Of a stretch of DNA of 64,000 bases, positions 47,529-56,785 are shown piece by piece. The notes below the pieces were generated by a model. That model was not told where the DNA came from. It did not search any database and saw only the letters and a list, made by a program, of their open reading frames with translations. The position numbers and the translations under genes were made by a program. Source of the stretch: Candidatus Nomurabacteria bacterium (GTDB lineage Bacteria > Patescibacteriota > Minisyncoccia > Phycocordibacterales > UBA918); contig JACKGH010000002.1 of the NCBI GenBank assembly GCA_020632075.1, forward strand, positions 11,454 to 75,453, given 5' to 3'. The stretch's first letter is position 1; each line of letters opens with the position of its first letter.

Positions 47529-47753
47529 ATGACAACGGAGATCTTTAAAATAAGGGTTACACAGCCACACTACAACTTGTGGCAAATCTGGCTTTGTTCA
47601 TCGCGACTGTTTGTACTCATGTACACATGGGTAACGCGTGACGAACGCCCGACATTCGAAAAGCAGTTCGCCTTCTGGCGCAAATGGCCAAAAGAACGCT
47701 GCAGCTTCGCCGTCCTGTTTGGTGTGATCTTCACCCCCAAAAGTGGCTCATGA
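47529..47753 (+). CDS. Small hypothetical protein (74 aa)
   Basis: GAGGAG 7 nt upstream of the ATG (MTTEIFKIRV...). A plus-strand terminator at 47757-47786 (ACAGACCCCttcgGGGCCTGTttttttt) follows the stop. Confidence 0.5.
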   Translation: MTTEIFKIRVTQPHYNLWQIWLCSSRLFVLMYTWVTRDERPTFEKQFAFWRKWPKERCSFAVLFGVIFTPKSGS

Positions 47754-47786
47754 TGCCGCGAGACAGACCCCTTCGGGCCTGTTTTT

Positions 47787-48251
47787 TTATCCTTCATCAA
47801 GTGGCTGATCAGCCAGCTTCCGACCAGTTATAGCCCAATGCTCAGCTTGCTCTCTGGTAGCAAACGCCTTCATGTTGGTGCGACCCGCAACCTTCAGGGC
47901 AATGTCCATGAAGTTGCGCATGATCAAGTTTGCGCCAAACACTCCCGTGCGTGTTGCGTAGCCTTTGTTATGTCGAACAAGAGAGATCAAGAAGGACAAC
48001 GAATCTTGATCTGCCTCAACCCCTCCAACCAAGTCAATGATGCAGTAGACATGCTCCTCATCCCTTTCCTTAGCGGTACGCATCGCTTCTCGAACAGACT
48101 CTCCCCAGGCTTCAAGGTGCTCTATGTGATCACTACTTAGATTACCGCTCATGCGGAGTTGTATGACACCATGCTCGTCAATATAGCAGCCGAGCTCCAT
48201 ATCATGTTCAGTTCGGTGAAAAGCTTCCATGGTGACAGTATACCGAACCAA
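47787..48251 (-). CDS. Hypothetical protein, possibly STAS-like
   Basis: VYCIIDLVGGVEADQDSLSFLISLV loosely resembles the STAS fold core. Confidence 0.35.
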   Translation of the reverse strand: MVRYTVTMEAFHRTEHDMELGCYIDEHGVIQLRMSGNLSSDHIEHLEAWGESVREAMRTAKERDEEHVYCIIDLVGGVEADQDSLSFLISLVRHNKGYATRTGVFGANLIMRNFMDIALKVAGRTNMKAFATREQAEHWAITGRKLADQPLDEG

Positions 48252-48266
48252 AAAAATGCTTCAATA

Positions 48267-48971
48267 TCAAAAGAATCCTTCGGTATATATCTGATGCGCC
48301 GCAACACCCACCTCTTGCAGACTTTGCCACATCCCCTGCACAAACGATACTGAGCCGCAAACAAAGAATGACGCTACAGATAGATCAGCAACTTTCTCTG
48401 CTATCTGCTCACCATCCATGCGACCGGCATGTAGATCTGCATCGTCCACTGGTTCTTGAGTCACAAAATAGTACAGTGTGAAATCATCATGCTGTTTCGC
48501 GAGAGTTGCAAACCGCTCACGAAAGCTGATCTCACTAGCGGTGCGATTAGAGTAAAACAACTTGATCGGCCGTTGATCTTGCTGCTGTGTGAGCGAATCG
48601 ATAATACTTGCAGATGGCGTAATTCCGACTCCACCAGAAATAAATACCAGTTCTCCCTCATCTTCTGGCTCTGGATAGAAAAACCCATACGGAGCACTGG
48701 TGGTCACTGTCGCTCCAACCGGAAGATCTATGATCGCACTTGAGAAGGTGCCAATTTTCTTGATTGTGATCGTCACTTCGTCTGACTCTGGTGCACTTGA
48801 AAGACTATACGACTTCCCTTCTACCGGCGGATGCCCTGGCAACAGAATAGTCACATACTGCCCTGCTCGAAATGTTGGTTTTTCTACTACCGGCTCCAGG
48901 ACCATAGTTTTTACCGTCGGTGTCTCTGTGCGCCATTCAATTATTTTCCATTCGTACGTAGTCTCATTCAT
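48267..48971 (-). CDS. Ferredoxin-NADP+ reductase-like FAD/NAD(P)-binding oxidoreductase
   Basis: FAD motif RSYSLSS (FRAGQYVTILLPGH...), NAD motif ISGGVGITP, and a C-terminal CGS motif. Start refined to MNETTYEW, 8 nt overlapped with the iscU stop. Confidence 0.75.
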   Translation of the reverse strand: MNETTYEWKIIEWRTETPTVKTMVLEPVVEKPTFRAGQYVTILLPGHPPVEGKSYSLSSAPESDEVTITIKKIGTFSSAIIDLPVGATVTTSAPYGFFYPEPEDEGELVFISGGVGITPSASIIDSLTQQQDQRPIKLFYSNRTASEISFRERFATLAKQHDDFTLYYFVTQEPVDDADLHAGRMDGEQIAEKVADLSVASFFVCGSVSFVQGMWQSLQEVGVAAHQIYTEGFF

Positions 48972-49416
48972 GTTGTTGCTGTTCAAAATCTTCGATCGCT
49001 TCTCGAAGCGCCTGGTGACCAAGGACCGAACAATGATATTTCCGGTCCGGCAGACCACCGAGTCGATCTATGATCGCCTCTGGCGTGAGTCGTTTGGCGT
49101 GCCGGAGGAGCATACCACCGTTTTCAGTCGCCATAACTGACATCATGGAGGTTGAAGCGATCGCTGACGCACAACCAAACGTGCGCCACTTACACTCTGC
49201 TATCTTTGTCTTGGTCTGGTCCACCCTGATCCACACCACCATCATGTCGCCGCAGGCTGGACTACCCACGACCCCGACTCCATCTGATTCGTAGTCTTTT
49301 TCATCAAGCAATATGTTGCGCGGGTTAAAAAAGTGATCTTTGACCGTATCAGAATAGAGCCAGCTCGATCCAGCATCGCAAGTGGTGACATCGGGAGTTT
49401 TTGATTCTTTTTTCAT
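48964..49416 (-). CDS. iscU: Fe-S cluster assembly scaffold (IscU/NifU type)
   Basis: GSPACGD, FGCASAIAS and KYHCSVLG motifs. Confidence 0.9.
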   Translation of the reverse strand: MKKESKTPDVTTCDAGSSWLYSDTVKDHFFNPRNILLDEKDYESDGVGVVGSPACGDMMVVWIRVDQTKTKIAECKWRTFGCASAIASTSMMSVMATENGGMLLRHAKRLTPEAIIDRLGGLPDRKYHCSVLGHQALREAIEDFEQQQHE

Positions 49417-50618
49417 ACAGCAAATTCTATATGACTGGTCGTTGCCGCAGTGAGCTGACGTAAGCGATCAACACTTTTCTTAAGACACTGCACAGTGTAC
49501 TCAAGATCATCCTTTGTTGTCTCTCGGCCAAGCGTAAAGCGCAGACTACCATGAATGAGTCCATCTGGGATGCCAATCGCCTGAAGCACATGCGATGGCG
49601 TGAGATCGTGTGCCGAGCAAGCTGAGCCGGTCGCTGCCGCAATGCCGTAATGATCAAGTTCAAGGACGAGCGATTCTCCTTCAAGGGTCGGGACTGTAAT
49701 GTGGAGATTATTCGGAAGACGTACGTCTGGGTCTCCATTCATCACAATATCTGGCAGCACGGTATGAAGCTGATGCCAGAAGTGATTGCGGAGGTCGGTG
49801 AGGCGGGCGGCTTCAGCCGCCCGCCTCACGACCGCGAGCTCGAGTGCTTTCGCAAACCCAGCGATCAACGCCGCGTTCTCGGTACCAGCACGCAATCCCC
49901 CTTCCTGACCACCACCAACTATGAGCGGCTCGAGTCTCACTCCGCGCCGCACATACAGCATACCCAACCCTTTTGGACCATATATCTTCGCTCCGTTTAA
50001 AGTAAGCAAGTCGACACCTAGCTCGCGAGGTAACACTTCGAGCTGCCCGGCTGTCTGACAGGCATCAGTGTGAAAGAGCGGACGTTTCGCTTCATTGATC
50101 TGCCGCAATGCTTGAGCGATCTCAGCAATTGGTTGGATCGTACCGATCTCGTTGTTGGCGTACATGACCGATACCAGTGTCGTGTCTGGTCGCACAGCCG
50201 CCAGCACATCCCCAACCGACGCAATTCCGCTTGACTCCACCGGCACATACGTCACTGCAAACCCATCTCGCTCAAGCACCTTCGCTGCGGCTAAAACAGC
50301 TTTATGTTCGATCGCGGTGACCACAATGTGTTTCCCACGATCTTTCCGTGCTCGTGCTGCACCAAGAATCGCTAGATTGTCAGACTCAGTACCTGAACCA
50401 GTGAAAATGATCTCACTCGGCTCCACTGCCAAACTCGCTGCCACAGACTGCCGCGCTGCTGCCAGTGTGTCGTGTGCCTTACGTCCGATCTCGTACATCG
50501 AGGACGCATTGCCGTACGTCTCGCTCGTATGCTGCAGCAGCAGCGCGGCCACCTCTGGGTCAACCGGCGTCGCCGCAGCATGATCAAGGTATACTTTTCT
50601 CGTTTCGATCTGATTCAT
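49413..50618 (-). CDS. iscS: Cysteine desulfurase (class V aminotransferase, IscS/NifS)
   Basis: PLP-Lys region and the SGSACS active-site Cys loop. Its start overlaps the iscU stop. Confidence 0.9.
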   Translation of the reverse strand: MNQIETRKVYLDHAAATPVDPEVAALLLQHTSETYGNASSMYEIGRKAHDTLAAARQSVAASLAVEPSEIIFTGSGTESDNLAILGAARARKDRGKHIVVTAIEHKAVLAAAKVLERDGFAVTYVPVESSGIASVGDVLAAVRPDTTLVSVMYANNEIGTIQPIAEIAQALRQINEAKRPLFHTDACQTAGQLEVLPRELGVDLLTLNGAKIYGPKGLGMLYVRRGVRLEPLIVGGGQEGGLRAGTENAALIAGFAKALELAVVRRAAEAARLTDLRNHFWHQLHTVLPDIVMNGDPDVRLPNNLHITVPTLEGESLVLELDHYGIAAATGSACSAHDLTPSHVLQAIGIPDGLIHGSLRFTLGRETTKDDLEYTVQCLKKSVDRLRQLTAATTSHIEFAV

Positions 50619-50620
50619 AC

Positions 50621-51304
50621 TTATCTAATACCACAGTGCTGCACGTACTTGCTGGCGATTTTTTGCAGCTCCAAGAACTCTTCATTACTGTAGGTAGTCT
50701 TCCGCATAAAGGCAGGATTTAAGAGCTTTGTTGGTACAAACCGCTGCAAGTAGTAGTGCTCAGCGCCCTCGATCTCTTTTGCGATCTCTTCGATCTCTTC
50801 TGGCGACAGCAATGACTTAACCACCGTAGTACGAAACTCATATGGCACTCGACCCTCAAGCAGCAAAGCTCTGGTTTCCCGTATCGCGTCCACATCAACT
50901 GGCCTGGTCACAGTTGCGGAGTACTTAGAGAGCGGAGCCTTAGCATCAACCGCCACATAATCGACCATACCCTCGGCCACTGCAACAGTGACCACATCAG
51001 GCCGGGTGCCGTTCGTATCAAGCTTTACCTTGAACCCCATTGATTTGATCTGGAAGATAAAATCCAAGAGATCGTCATGCATGGTCGGTTCGCCACCAGT
51101 GATCGTTACTGCATCGAGCTTACCACGACGCTTCACCAAGAAATCGAAGAATGACTCAGTCGAGAGCTCGGTTGCAGTCTCCTCTACCAGCTCTGGATTG
51201 TGGCAGTACGGACAACGGAAATTACACCCGATCGTAAAGACGATAGCAGAGATGTGGTCTGGATAATCAATGATAGAACATTGTTGTAAGCCACCTAAGC
51301 GCAT
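50621..51304 (-). CDS. nrdG: Anaerobic ribonucleoside-triphosphate reductase activating protein (radical SAM)
   Basis: GCNFRCPYCHN radical-SAM CxxxCxxC motif. Confidence 0.9.
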   Translation of the reverse strand: MRLGGLQQCSIIDYPDHISAIVFTIGCNFRCPYCHNPELVEETATELSTESFFDFLVKRRGKLDAVTITGGEPTMHDDLLDFIFQIKSMGFKVKLDTNGTRPDVVTVAVAEGMVDYVAVDAKAPLSKYSATVTRPVDVDAIRETRALLLEGRVPYEFRTTVVKSLLSPEEIEEIAKEIEGAEHYYLQRFVPTKLLNPAFMRKTTYSNEEFLELQKIASKYVQHCGIR

Positions 51305-53451
51305 GATACATGCTCGGTCTTGGTTATAGCATCATGGTCTTTGGCGATGGTCTCTCGAAGCTCAAACTCTGCCTTTTTACCGTCATTCCACTGCTCAACT
51401 GGTCGCAAGTACCCGACGATCCGCGAGTACACCTCACACTGCTCATGACAATCTGGACACACCAGCACCTCGCCCGGCAAGTAGCCATGGTTCTTACATA
51501 CACTAAAGGTCGGCGATATGGTGAAGTACGGCAAGCGATACTGTTCGCAGATGCGCTTCACCAGACTCTTGATGGTGTTTGGATTATCAACCCGCTCTCC
51601 GAGGAAGAAGTGAATGACGGTACCACCCGTGTACTTAGTCTGTAGTTCATCTTGTAGTTCAAGGATCTCAAACGGATCGTCGCTATGCATGACCGGCAAG
51701 TGCGTGGAATTGGTGTAGAACGGAGCAACCACACTCTTACCGACCCCATTTGCAAACACCATGTCGTCACCAAGCTGCTTCTGATCGATCTTAGCCAAAC
51801 GGTACGAGGTTCCCTCTGCTGGAGTCGCTTCGAGGTTGTAGTTGTTGCCAGTTTCTTCCTGATAGTCAGCTAGACGATCACGCATGAAGTCGAGCACTTC
51901 CTCAGCAAAAGCCTGCCCTGCTTCAGTAGCAATTCCTTCTCCAAGCAGATTCTGCGCTGCCTCATTCATACCCACCAACCCAATGGTCGAGAAATGATTC
52001 TGCCAGTAGCAACCATTCATTTCGCGTAACGTAGCTAGATAGTGCTTAGTGTATGGATACAGATTCTTCTCAGTAAGCCCTTCAAGCACTTCACGTTTGA
52101 TCTCCAAACTAGTCTTCGCAATATCCATGAGTTCACCCAGTCGAGCAAGAAACTGCTTCTTGGTCTTTGCGTTGTAGGCAATGCGCGGCAGGTTCATGGT
52201 CACCACGCCGATCGAACCAGTGAGCGGATTGGCACCAAAGAGTCCACCACCGCGCTTCTGTAATTCGCGATTATCGATACGAAGCCTGCAACACATCGAA
52301 CGAGCGTCGTCAGGACTCATGTCAGAATTGATGAAGTTGGAGAAATACGGAATACCATACTTCGCCGCTGCCTCCCAGAGGTGAGTAATATGTTTGTTGT
52401 CCCAATCAAAGTCAGCGGTGATGTTATAGGTTGGAATTGGAAACGTAAAGACCCGTCCGGTTGCATCCCCCTCACACATCACCTCAAGAAAGGCTTGATT
52501 GAGCATGTCCATTTCGCGCTGGAAGGTGGCATAAGTTTCGTCAGTTGCTTGGCCGCCACGGATTACCTTCATGTTCTTGTAGTGTTCTGGCACCGTGAGG
52601 TCCATTGTGATGTTAGTGAATGGTGTCTGGAACCCGACACGGGTCGGCACATTTACATTGAAGACAAACTCCTGTAATGATTGCTTCACCTCTTCATACG
52701 AAAGGTGGTCGTACCAGATAAATGGCGCCAAGAGTGTATCGAAGTTTGAGAACGCCTGCGCTCCAGCTGCTTCACCCTGCATGGTGTAAAAGAAATTCAC
52801 GATCTGACCAAGCGCAGCGCGGAAGTGTTTTGGTGGCGCACTATGGAGCTTGCCCGGTACACCACCAAAGCCACGCTTCAGAAGATCATACAGATCCCAG
52901 CCGACACAGTAGACAGAGAGTAAGTTGAGGTCATGAAGATGAAAATCTCCGGCTCCGTGCGCGTCACGCACTTCAGCCGGGTAGATCTTATCAAGCCAGT
53001 AGGTGCGACTGATCTCAGACGCGACATGATTGTTGAGTCCTTGGAGCGAAAACTCCATATTGCTATTTTCCTTCACCGTCCAGTCTGACTTACCAAGATA
53101 ACTATCGACAAGATCGATCGTTTCAGTACTGACCATTCGGCGAATGTGCGCATGCTGCTCACGATACAAGATATATGCCTTGGCGGTCTTGAAGTACTCT
53201 AGTTCCATGAGCACACGCTCAACAATGTCCTGTACTCCTTCGACAGTTGGTATCGGATCAGTTGGGGTTGCGCTCGCGGTGATCTCTTTTACCGCTTGCT
53301 TCGTGGCCTTACTCAGGTCGCGCTTGTTAAATTCTCCGGTCGCCCGCATTGCTTTTTCAATGGCCCGCGAAATCTTGCGCTGGTCAAAGGCTTTTATTGA
53401 TCCATCTCGCTTAACAATGTGGGTGACGGCTGCAGTCACCTCTTTGCTCAT
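51295..53451 (-). CDS. nrdD: Anaerobic ribonucleoside-triphosphate reductase (class III)
   Basis: ATP-cone N-terminus, C-terminal CPDCH Zn ribbon and the glycyl-radical motif RIVGYLRPV. Confidence 0.95.
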   Translation of the reverse strand: MSKEVTAAVTHIVKRDGSIKAFDQRKISRAIEKAMRATGEFNKRDLSKATKQAVKEITASATPTDPIPTVEGVQDIVERVLMELEYFKTAKAYILYREQHAHIRRMVSTETIDLVDSYLGKSDWTVKENSNMEFSLQGLNNHVASEISRTYWLDKIYPAEVRDAHGAGDFHLHDLNLLSVYCVGWDLYDLLKRGFGGVPGKLHSAPPKHFRAALGQIVNFFYTMQGEAAGAQAFSNFDTLLAPFIWYDHLSYEEVKQSLQEFVFNVNVPTRVGFQTPFTNITMDLTVPEHYKNMKVIRGGQATDETYATFQREMDMLNQAFLEVMCEGDATGRVFTFPIPTYNITADFDWDNKHITHLWEAAAKYGIPYFSNFINSDMSPDDARSMCCRLRIDNRELQKRGGGLFGANPLTGSIGVVTMNLPRIAYNAKTKKQFLARLGELMDIAKTSLEIKREVLEGLTEKNLYPYTKHYLATLREMNGCYWQNHFSTIGLVGMNEAAQNLLGEGIATEAGQAFAEEVLDFMRDRLADYQEETGNNYNLEATPAEGTSYRLAKIDQKQLGDDMVFANGVGKSVVAPFYTNSTHLPVMHSDDPFEILELQDELQTKYTGGTVIHFFLGERVDNPNTIKSLVKRICEQYRLPYFTISPTFSVCKNHGYLPGEVLVCPDCHEQCEVYSRIVGYLRPVEQWNDGKKAEFELRETIAKDHDAITKTEHVSCA

Positions 53452-53619
53452 AGGCTTGTATATAAGGATTTATTGGATAAAAAATAGACTCAACAGAGCC
53501 CACAACGCATAGATACATATCTATGTTTATGTTAATAGTAATATAGACAACCATCTATATACAGGATACCCTGTGCAAAAGTGAAATTGAGGGCTTTATT
53601 TAGGAATAATTGATTTTGT

Positions 53620-53946
53620 ATGGCTGAAGATGCAGAACGAACGTACCAGCGACCACCTTGGGTGACCGCAAAAGTAATGAACGAGGAGGAACTCTGCCCC
53701 ACCTGCTTCAAGGCAGTCGGAGTAGAAAGCCGCTACAAACTCATCTGTGCACTCGGAAAGATCGAAGACGGCGCAACAGTCACTCACCTCACCGATAGAC
53801 TTGGCCTGCGCCAACCAACAGTCACACATCATCTGCAAGTACTACAGTCAGTTGATGCAGTAAAGGTGGAGCAAAAGGGCCGCGAGCGGATCTATACCCT
53901 GAACAGAAACGCACACTGCTTTGAGGACTGTAAGATACCGTATTAG
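53620..53946 (+). CDS. ArsR/SmtB family metalloregulatory transcription factor
   Basis: Winged helix-turn-helix with LRQPTVTHHLQVL and a CPTC motif at the N-terminus. Confidence 0.8.
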   Translation: MAEDAERTYQRPPWVTAKVMNEEELCPTCFKAVGVESRYKLICALGKIEDGATVTHLTDRLGLRQPTVTHHLQVLQSVDAVKVEQKGRERIYTLNRNAHCFEDCKIPY

Positions 53947-54024
53947 TTGTGTGGAAAAGCTGGCGGGGCCCACGAAGTGGGCCCCGCCAGCTTTTCCTCT
54001 TCCACCTTATGCTATGCTACCAGT

Positions 54025-54399
54025 ATGGAACCAAGACAAGTTCTCATCATTGAAGATGATGAAGCGTTGCAAGCACTATACGCAAAGATCATTGGTGACG
54101 CAGATATCACCGTACGCACTGCAAGCACCGGCACCGAAGGCGTCTCCCTTGCACTCGAACACCACCCAGATGTGATCCTGGTCGATGTCATGCTGCCTGA
54201 TATTTCTGGACACGATGCAGTCAAAAAGATCCGACTTGATAGCTGGGGCAAGAACGCCACCATTATCTTTCTCACCAACCGCACTGACGCCGAAAGTGTC
54301 GTGAACGCGGTCGAAGAAGGTAGTGATGAATACATTGTGAAGGCGCACATCTCCAACAAAGAGCTTCTCAACCGCGTACGGGCTGCCATGATGGCCTAA
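54025..54399 (+). CDS. Single-domain response regulator (CheY-like receiver)
   Basis: DD pair, phospho-acceptor D in ILVDVMLPD, T and K sites. Start refined to MEPRQVLIIEDD because the ORF-track extension covers the terminator hairpin at 53955-53997. Confidence 0.8.
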   Translation: MEPRQVLIIEDDEALQALYAKIIGDADITVRTASTGTEGVSLALEHHPDVILVDVMLPDISGHDAVKKIRLDSWGKNATIIFLTNRTDAESVVNAVEEGSDEYIVKAHISNKELLNRVRAAMMA

Positions 54400-54403
54400 T
54401 AGA

Positions 54404-54440
54404 AAAACGGGGCGCCCACGAAGTGGGCGCACCGTTTTTC
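54404..54440. terminator. Bidirectional terminator
   Basis: aaaaaCGGGGCGCCCAcgaaGTGGGCGCACCGttttt. Confidence 0.65.
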
Positions 54441-54442
54441 TT

Positions 54443-55387
54443 TTACCGCTCTACCCCGCAATCATCCCCCGAACACTGCCCTGCCACTTCGATCTCGATC
54501 GTTGCGTGTCCAACATGATACTCTCGCAAAATATTCGCCACCGCTTCACGCACACTACTTTGCTGCTCCATTCCCGCTGGTGTCACCACCACATGCCCCG
54601 TGAAGATATTATGCTCGCCATCAAGCGACCACACATGCACATCATGAACCGACTGCACTTCAGGCACAGCTGTAACACGCTCCAGCACTTGCTCAAGCGG
54701 CACATTGCTCGGTACTCCTTGCATCAGTAAATTCACCACTTCTCGCAGATTACGCAAAACATTCCACAAAATAAACACCGTGTATCCAATTGTCAGAAGT
54801 GGATCAACCAAATAAAAATCAGTAAAGTAAATAACGATTCCGGCAACTAGTACCGCCACCCAACCCAACACATCTTCGAGCATGTGCCACGAGAGCATCT
54901 TCTCATTTGCACTGTGTCCATGACTCAGCCTAAAATACGCCAGTGAGTTAACCAGTACTCCAAAAATCGCCACCCCGATCATTCCTGTCGCCATCACTTC
55001 TTCCGGCGCAAACAACCGCTGTACTGCTTCAATCAGAATAAAGACTGAACCAACGAGAAGTACCACCGCGGTAAACACAGCTGAAAAGAGTGATAGTCGA
55101 GCATATCCAAACGTACGCTTCTTGTCTGCCGGACGCTCAGCCTGCTTCTCTGCAAAGTACGCCGTGAACAGCGAAATGCTGTCACCCAGATCATGGAGCG
55201 CATCAGAGAGGATCGCGACACTGTTAGTCAACAAACCACCGATCAACTCAATGATCGTAAAGCCAATATTCAAAATACCCGCAAAGAGGACATTACCACT
55301 ACGCGATCCGTGATGGTGGTGATGACCATGCAATCCATGATGATGCACATGATCGTGATCATGGTCATGATGATGTTCGTGAGACAT
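54443..55387 (-). CDS. Cation diffusion facilitator (CzcD/ZitB-type) transporter with a His-rich N-terminus
   Basis: HEHHHDHDHDHVHHHGLHGHHHHHG tail, 6 transmembrane helices, and a C-terminal cytoplasmic domain. Confidence 0.9.
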   Translation of the reverse strand: MSHEHHHDHDHDHVHHHGLHGHHHHHGSRSGNVLFAGILNIGFTIIELIGGLLTNSVAILSDALHDLGDSISLFTAYFAEKQAERPADKKRTFGYARLSLFSAVFTAVVLLVGSVFILIEAVQRLFAPEEVMATGMIGVAIFGVLVNSLAYFRLSHGHSANEKMLSWHMLEDVLGWVAVLVAGIVIYFTDFYLVDPLLTIGYTVFILWNVLRNLREVVNLLMQGVPSNVPLEQVLERVTAVPEVQSVHDVHVWSLDGEHNIFTGHVVVTPAGMEQQSSVREAVANILREYHVGHATIEIEVAGQCSGDDCGVER

Positions 55388-55589
55388 AACAAGAAGACAC
55401 TTATAGTTATTAATTACTTCTGGAGATGCGCACCAGGCGCCTTAATCACTTTTGATAGTAACATCCACCTGTAAAACAGTCCACTTATTTACTCATCAAG
55501 ATGCACTCCAACTATACATTACGTCTCTTTTGACTTTACCCTCTGATTGATCTACGATGCGAAGAGAGGCAAAACTCACGGAGGGTCAC

Positions 55590-56135
55590 ATGACCGCAAC
55601 GATCGACCTTGTTCTACTAGGTCTTGAGCATACAATCCAGCCGTATGTACCGCGACTTGAAGTGAAGACACTGCTGCTTGATTTCAGCGACACGCACGGC
55701 ATGTGCTCAGAGACCATGATCCATAAGCGCATGTTGATCGACAGTCTGTTTGGTGACGGACCAAAAAGATACAACCTACAGACCTATACCAAGATACGTC
55801 TGGTCAAACGTCGACCAATGAGTCCAACCAACGCGCACTTACGATTGCGTGAAGACATGATCGCGACAAAGGTGCGCCAATATCGAGGGAATGATCTCTA
55901 TGCTCTCTCACTCAAGGAATTCCTAGAGCGTGTACGCGCCGTGCCAAGATCAGACTACAACTTCTGGACGATCAACAGCACACTGCCGGCGATTGCGTAT
56001 CTCGAAGCCCTCACAGGTCAAAACCTTTGGGCCATACCCCTGATCGGTGGAGGACTTCACAGACACCTTGAGTACGGCGACCCATTCAGCAAGACCATGA
56101 TCATTCCGATCGAGTTCATCCAAGAACATCAATAG
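55590..56135 (+). CDS. Hypothetical protein
   Basis: Start refined to MTATIDL, which has GGAGGG upstream. A terminator follows at 56137-56165. Confidence 0.45.
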   Translation: MTATIDLVLLGLEHTIQPYVPRLEVKTLLLDFSDTHGMCSETMIHKRMLIDSLFGDGPKRYNLQTYTKIRLVKRRPMSPTNAHLRLREDMIATKVRQYRGNDLYALSLKEFLERVRAVPRSDYNFWTINSTLPAIAYLEALTGQNLWAIPLIGGGLHRHLEYGDPFSKTMIIPIEFIQEHQ

Positions 56136-56186
56136 AAACGGCGGGCCTACGGCCCGCCTTTTTGATCTCGATCTTTTTCATTCAAA

Positions 56187-56720
56187 CTACGGATACAACT
56201 CTGGCTTCACGAATGGGATGAGCGCAAAGATAAGCGGCTGGAAGTAGTAGTCAGCTCGGTTGACAACATCATTGGTCAACACCCCAACTGCCCCACCCTT
56301 GTGCTTACTATTGGTTTCATTAAACGCAATATCAGTCGCCACACCAAGCTCTTCGCCCTGGTCGATGAGTTCACTGACTCGCGGCGGAAGCAAGAAGGCG
56401 CCAGTGCGACCAAAACTAATCTTGCCAGCAGTATCCTGTACGCACATCCACGCTGAGGTCCAATACTCATCGTCGAGAAGAATAAGACCGCCCTCGAGAC
56501 CAACAAAATAATCAGCATCAGGGTACGCTTCCCGACAAGCCGCAGCGCGATTCTCTGCTCCAAGCTTGGTCTCATCATCACCCATCGGCTGATCTGAGAC
56601 ACCCGATGGTGCGCTATGGGTAAAAAATGAAAACTGCTCGCCCGGAAAAGCGGCGGTAAATGCCCGCTCGGTTGCTTCGAGCTTCACAGGATTGTTTGAA
56701 CCTACAATGACTTTTTTCAT
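56187..56720 (-). CDS. Non-canonical purine NTP phosphatase (YjjX/inosine-xanthosine triphosphatase family)
   Basis: VGSNNPVKLEA...SGVSDQPMGDDETKLGAENRA matches the YjjX signature. Confidence 0.7.
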   Translation of the reverse strand: MKKVIVGSNNPVKLEATERAFTAAFPGEQFSFFTHSAPSGVSDQPMGDDETKLGAENRAAACREAYPDADYFVGLEGGLILLDDEYWTSAWMCVQDTAGKISFGRTGAFLLPPRVSELIDQGEELGVATDIAFNETNSKHKGGAVGVLTNDVVNRADYYFQPLIFALIPFVKPELYP

Positions 56721-56785
56721 GGTGTATTCCTTAGTACTGGCTGAAACTATTGTAGCTAAGTTACACGACCAAGAAAACTAGACGA

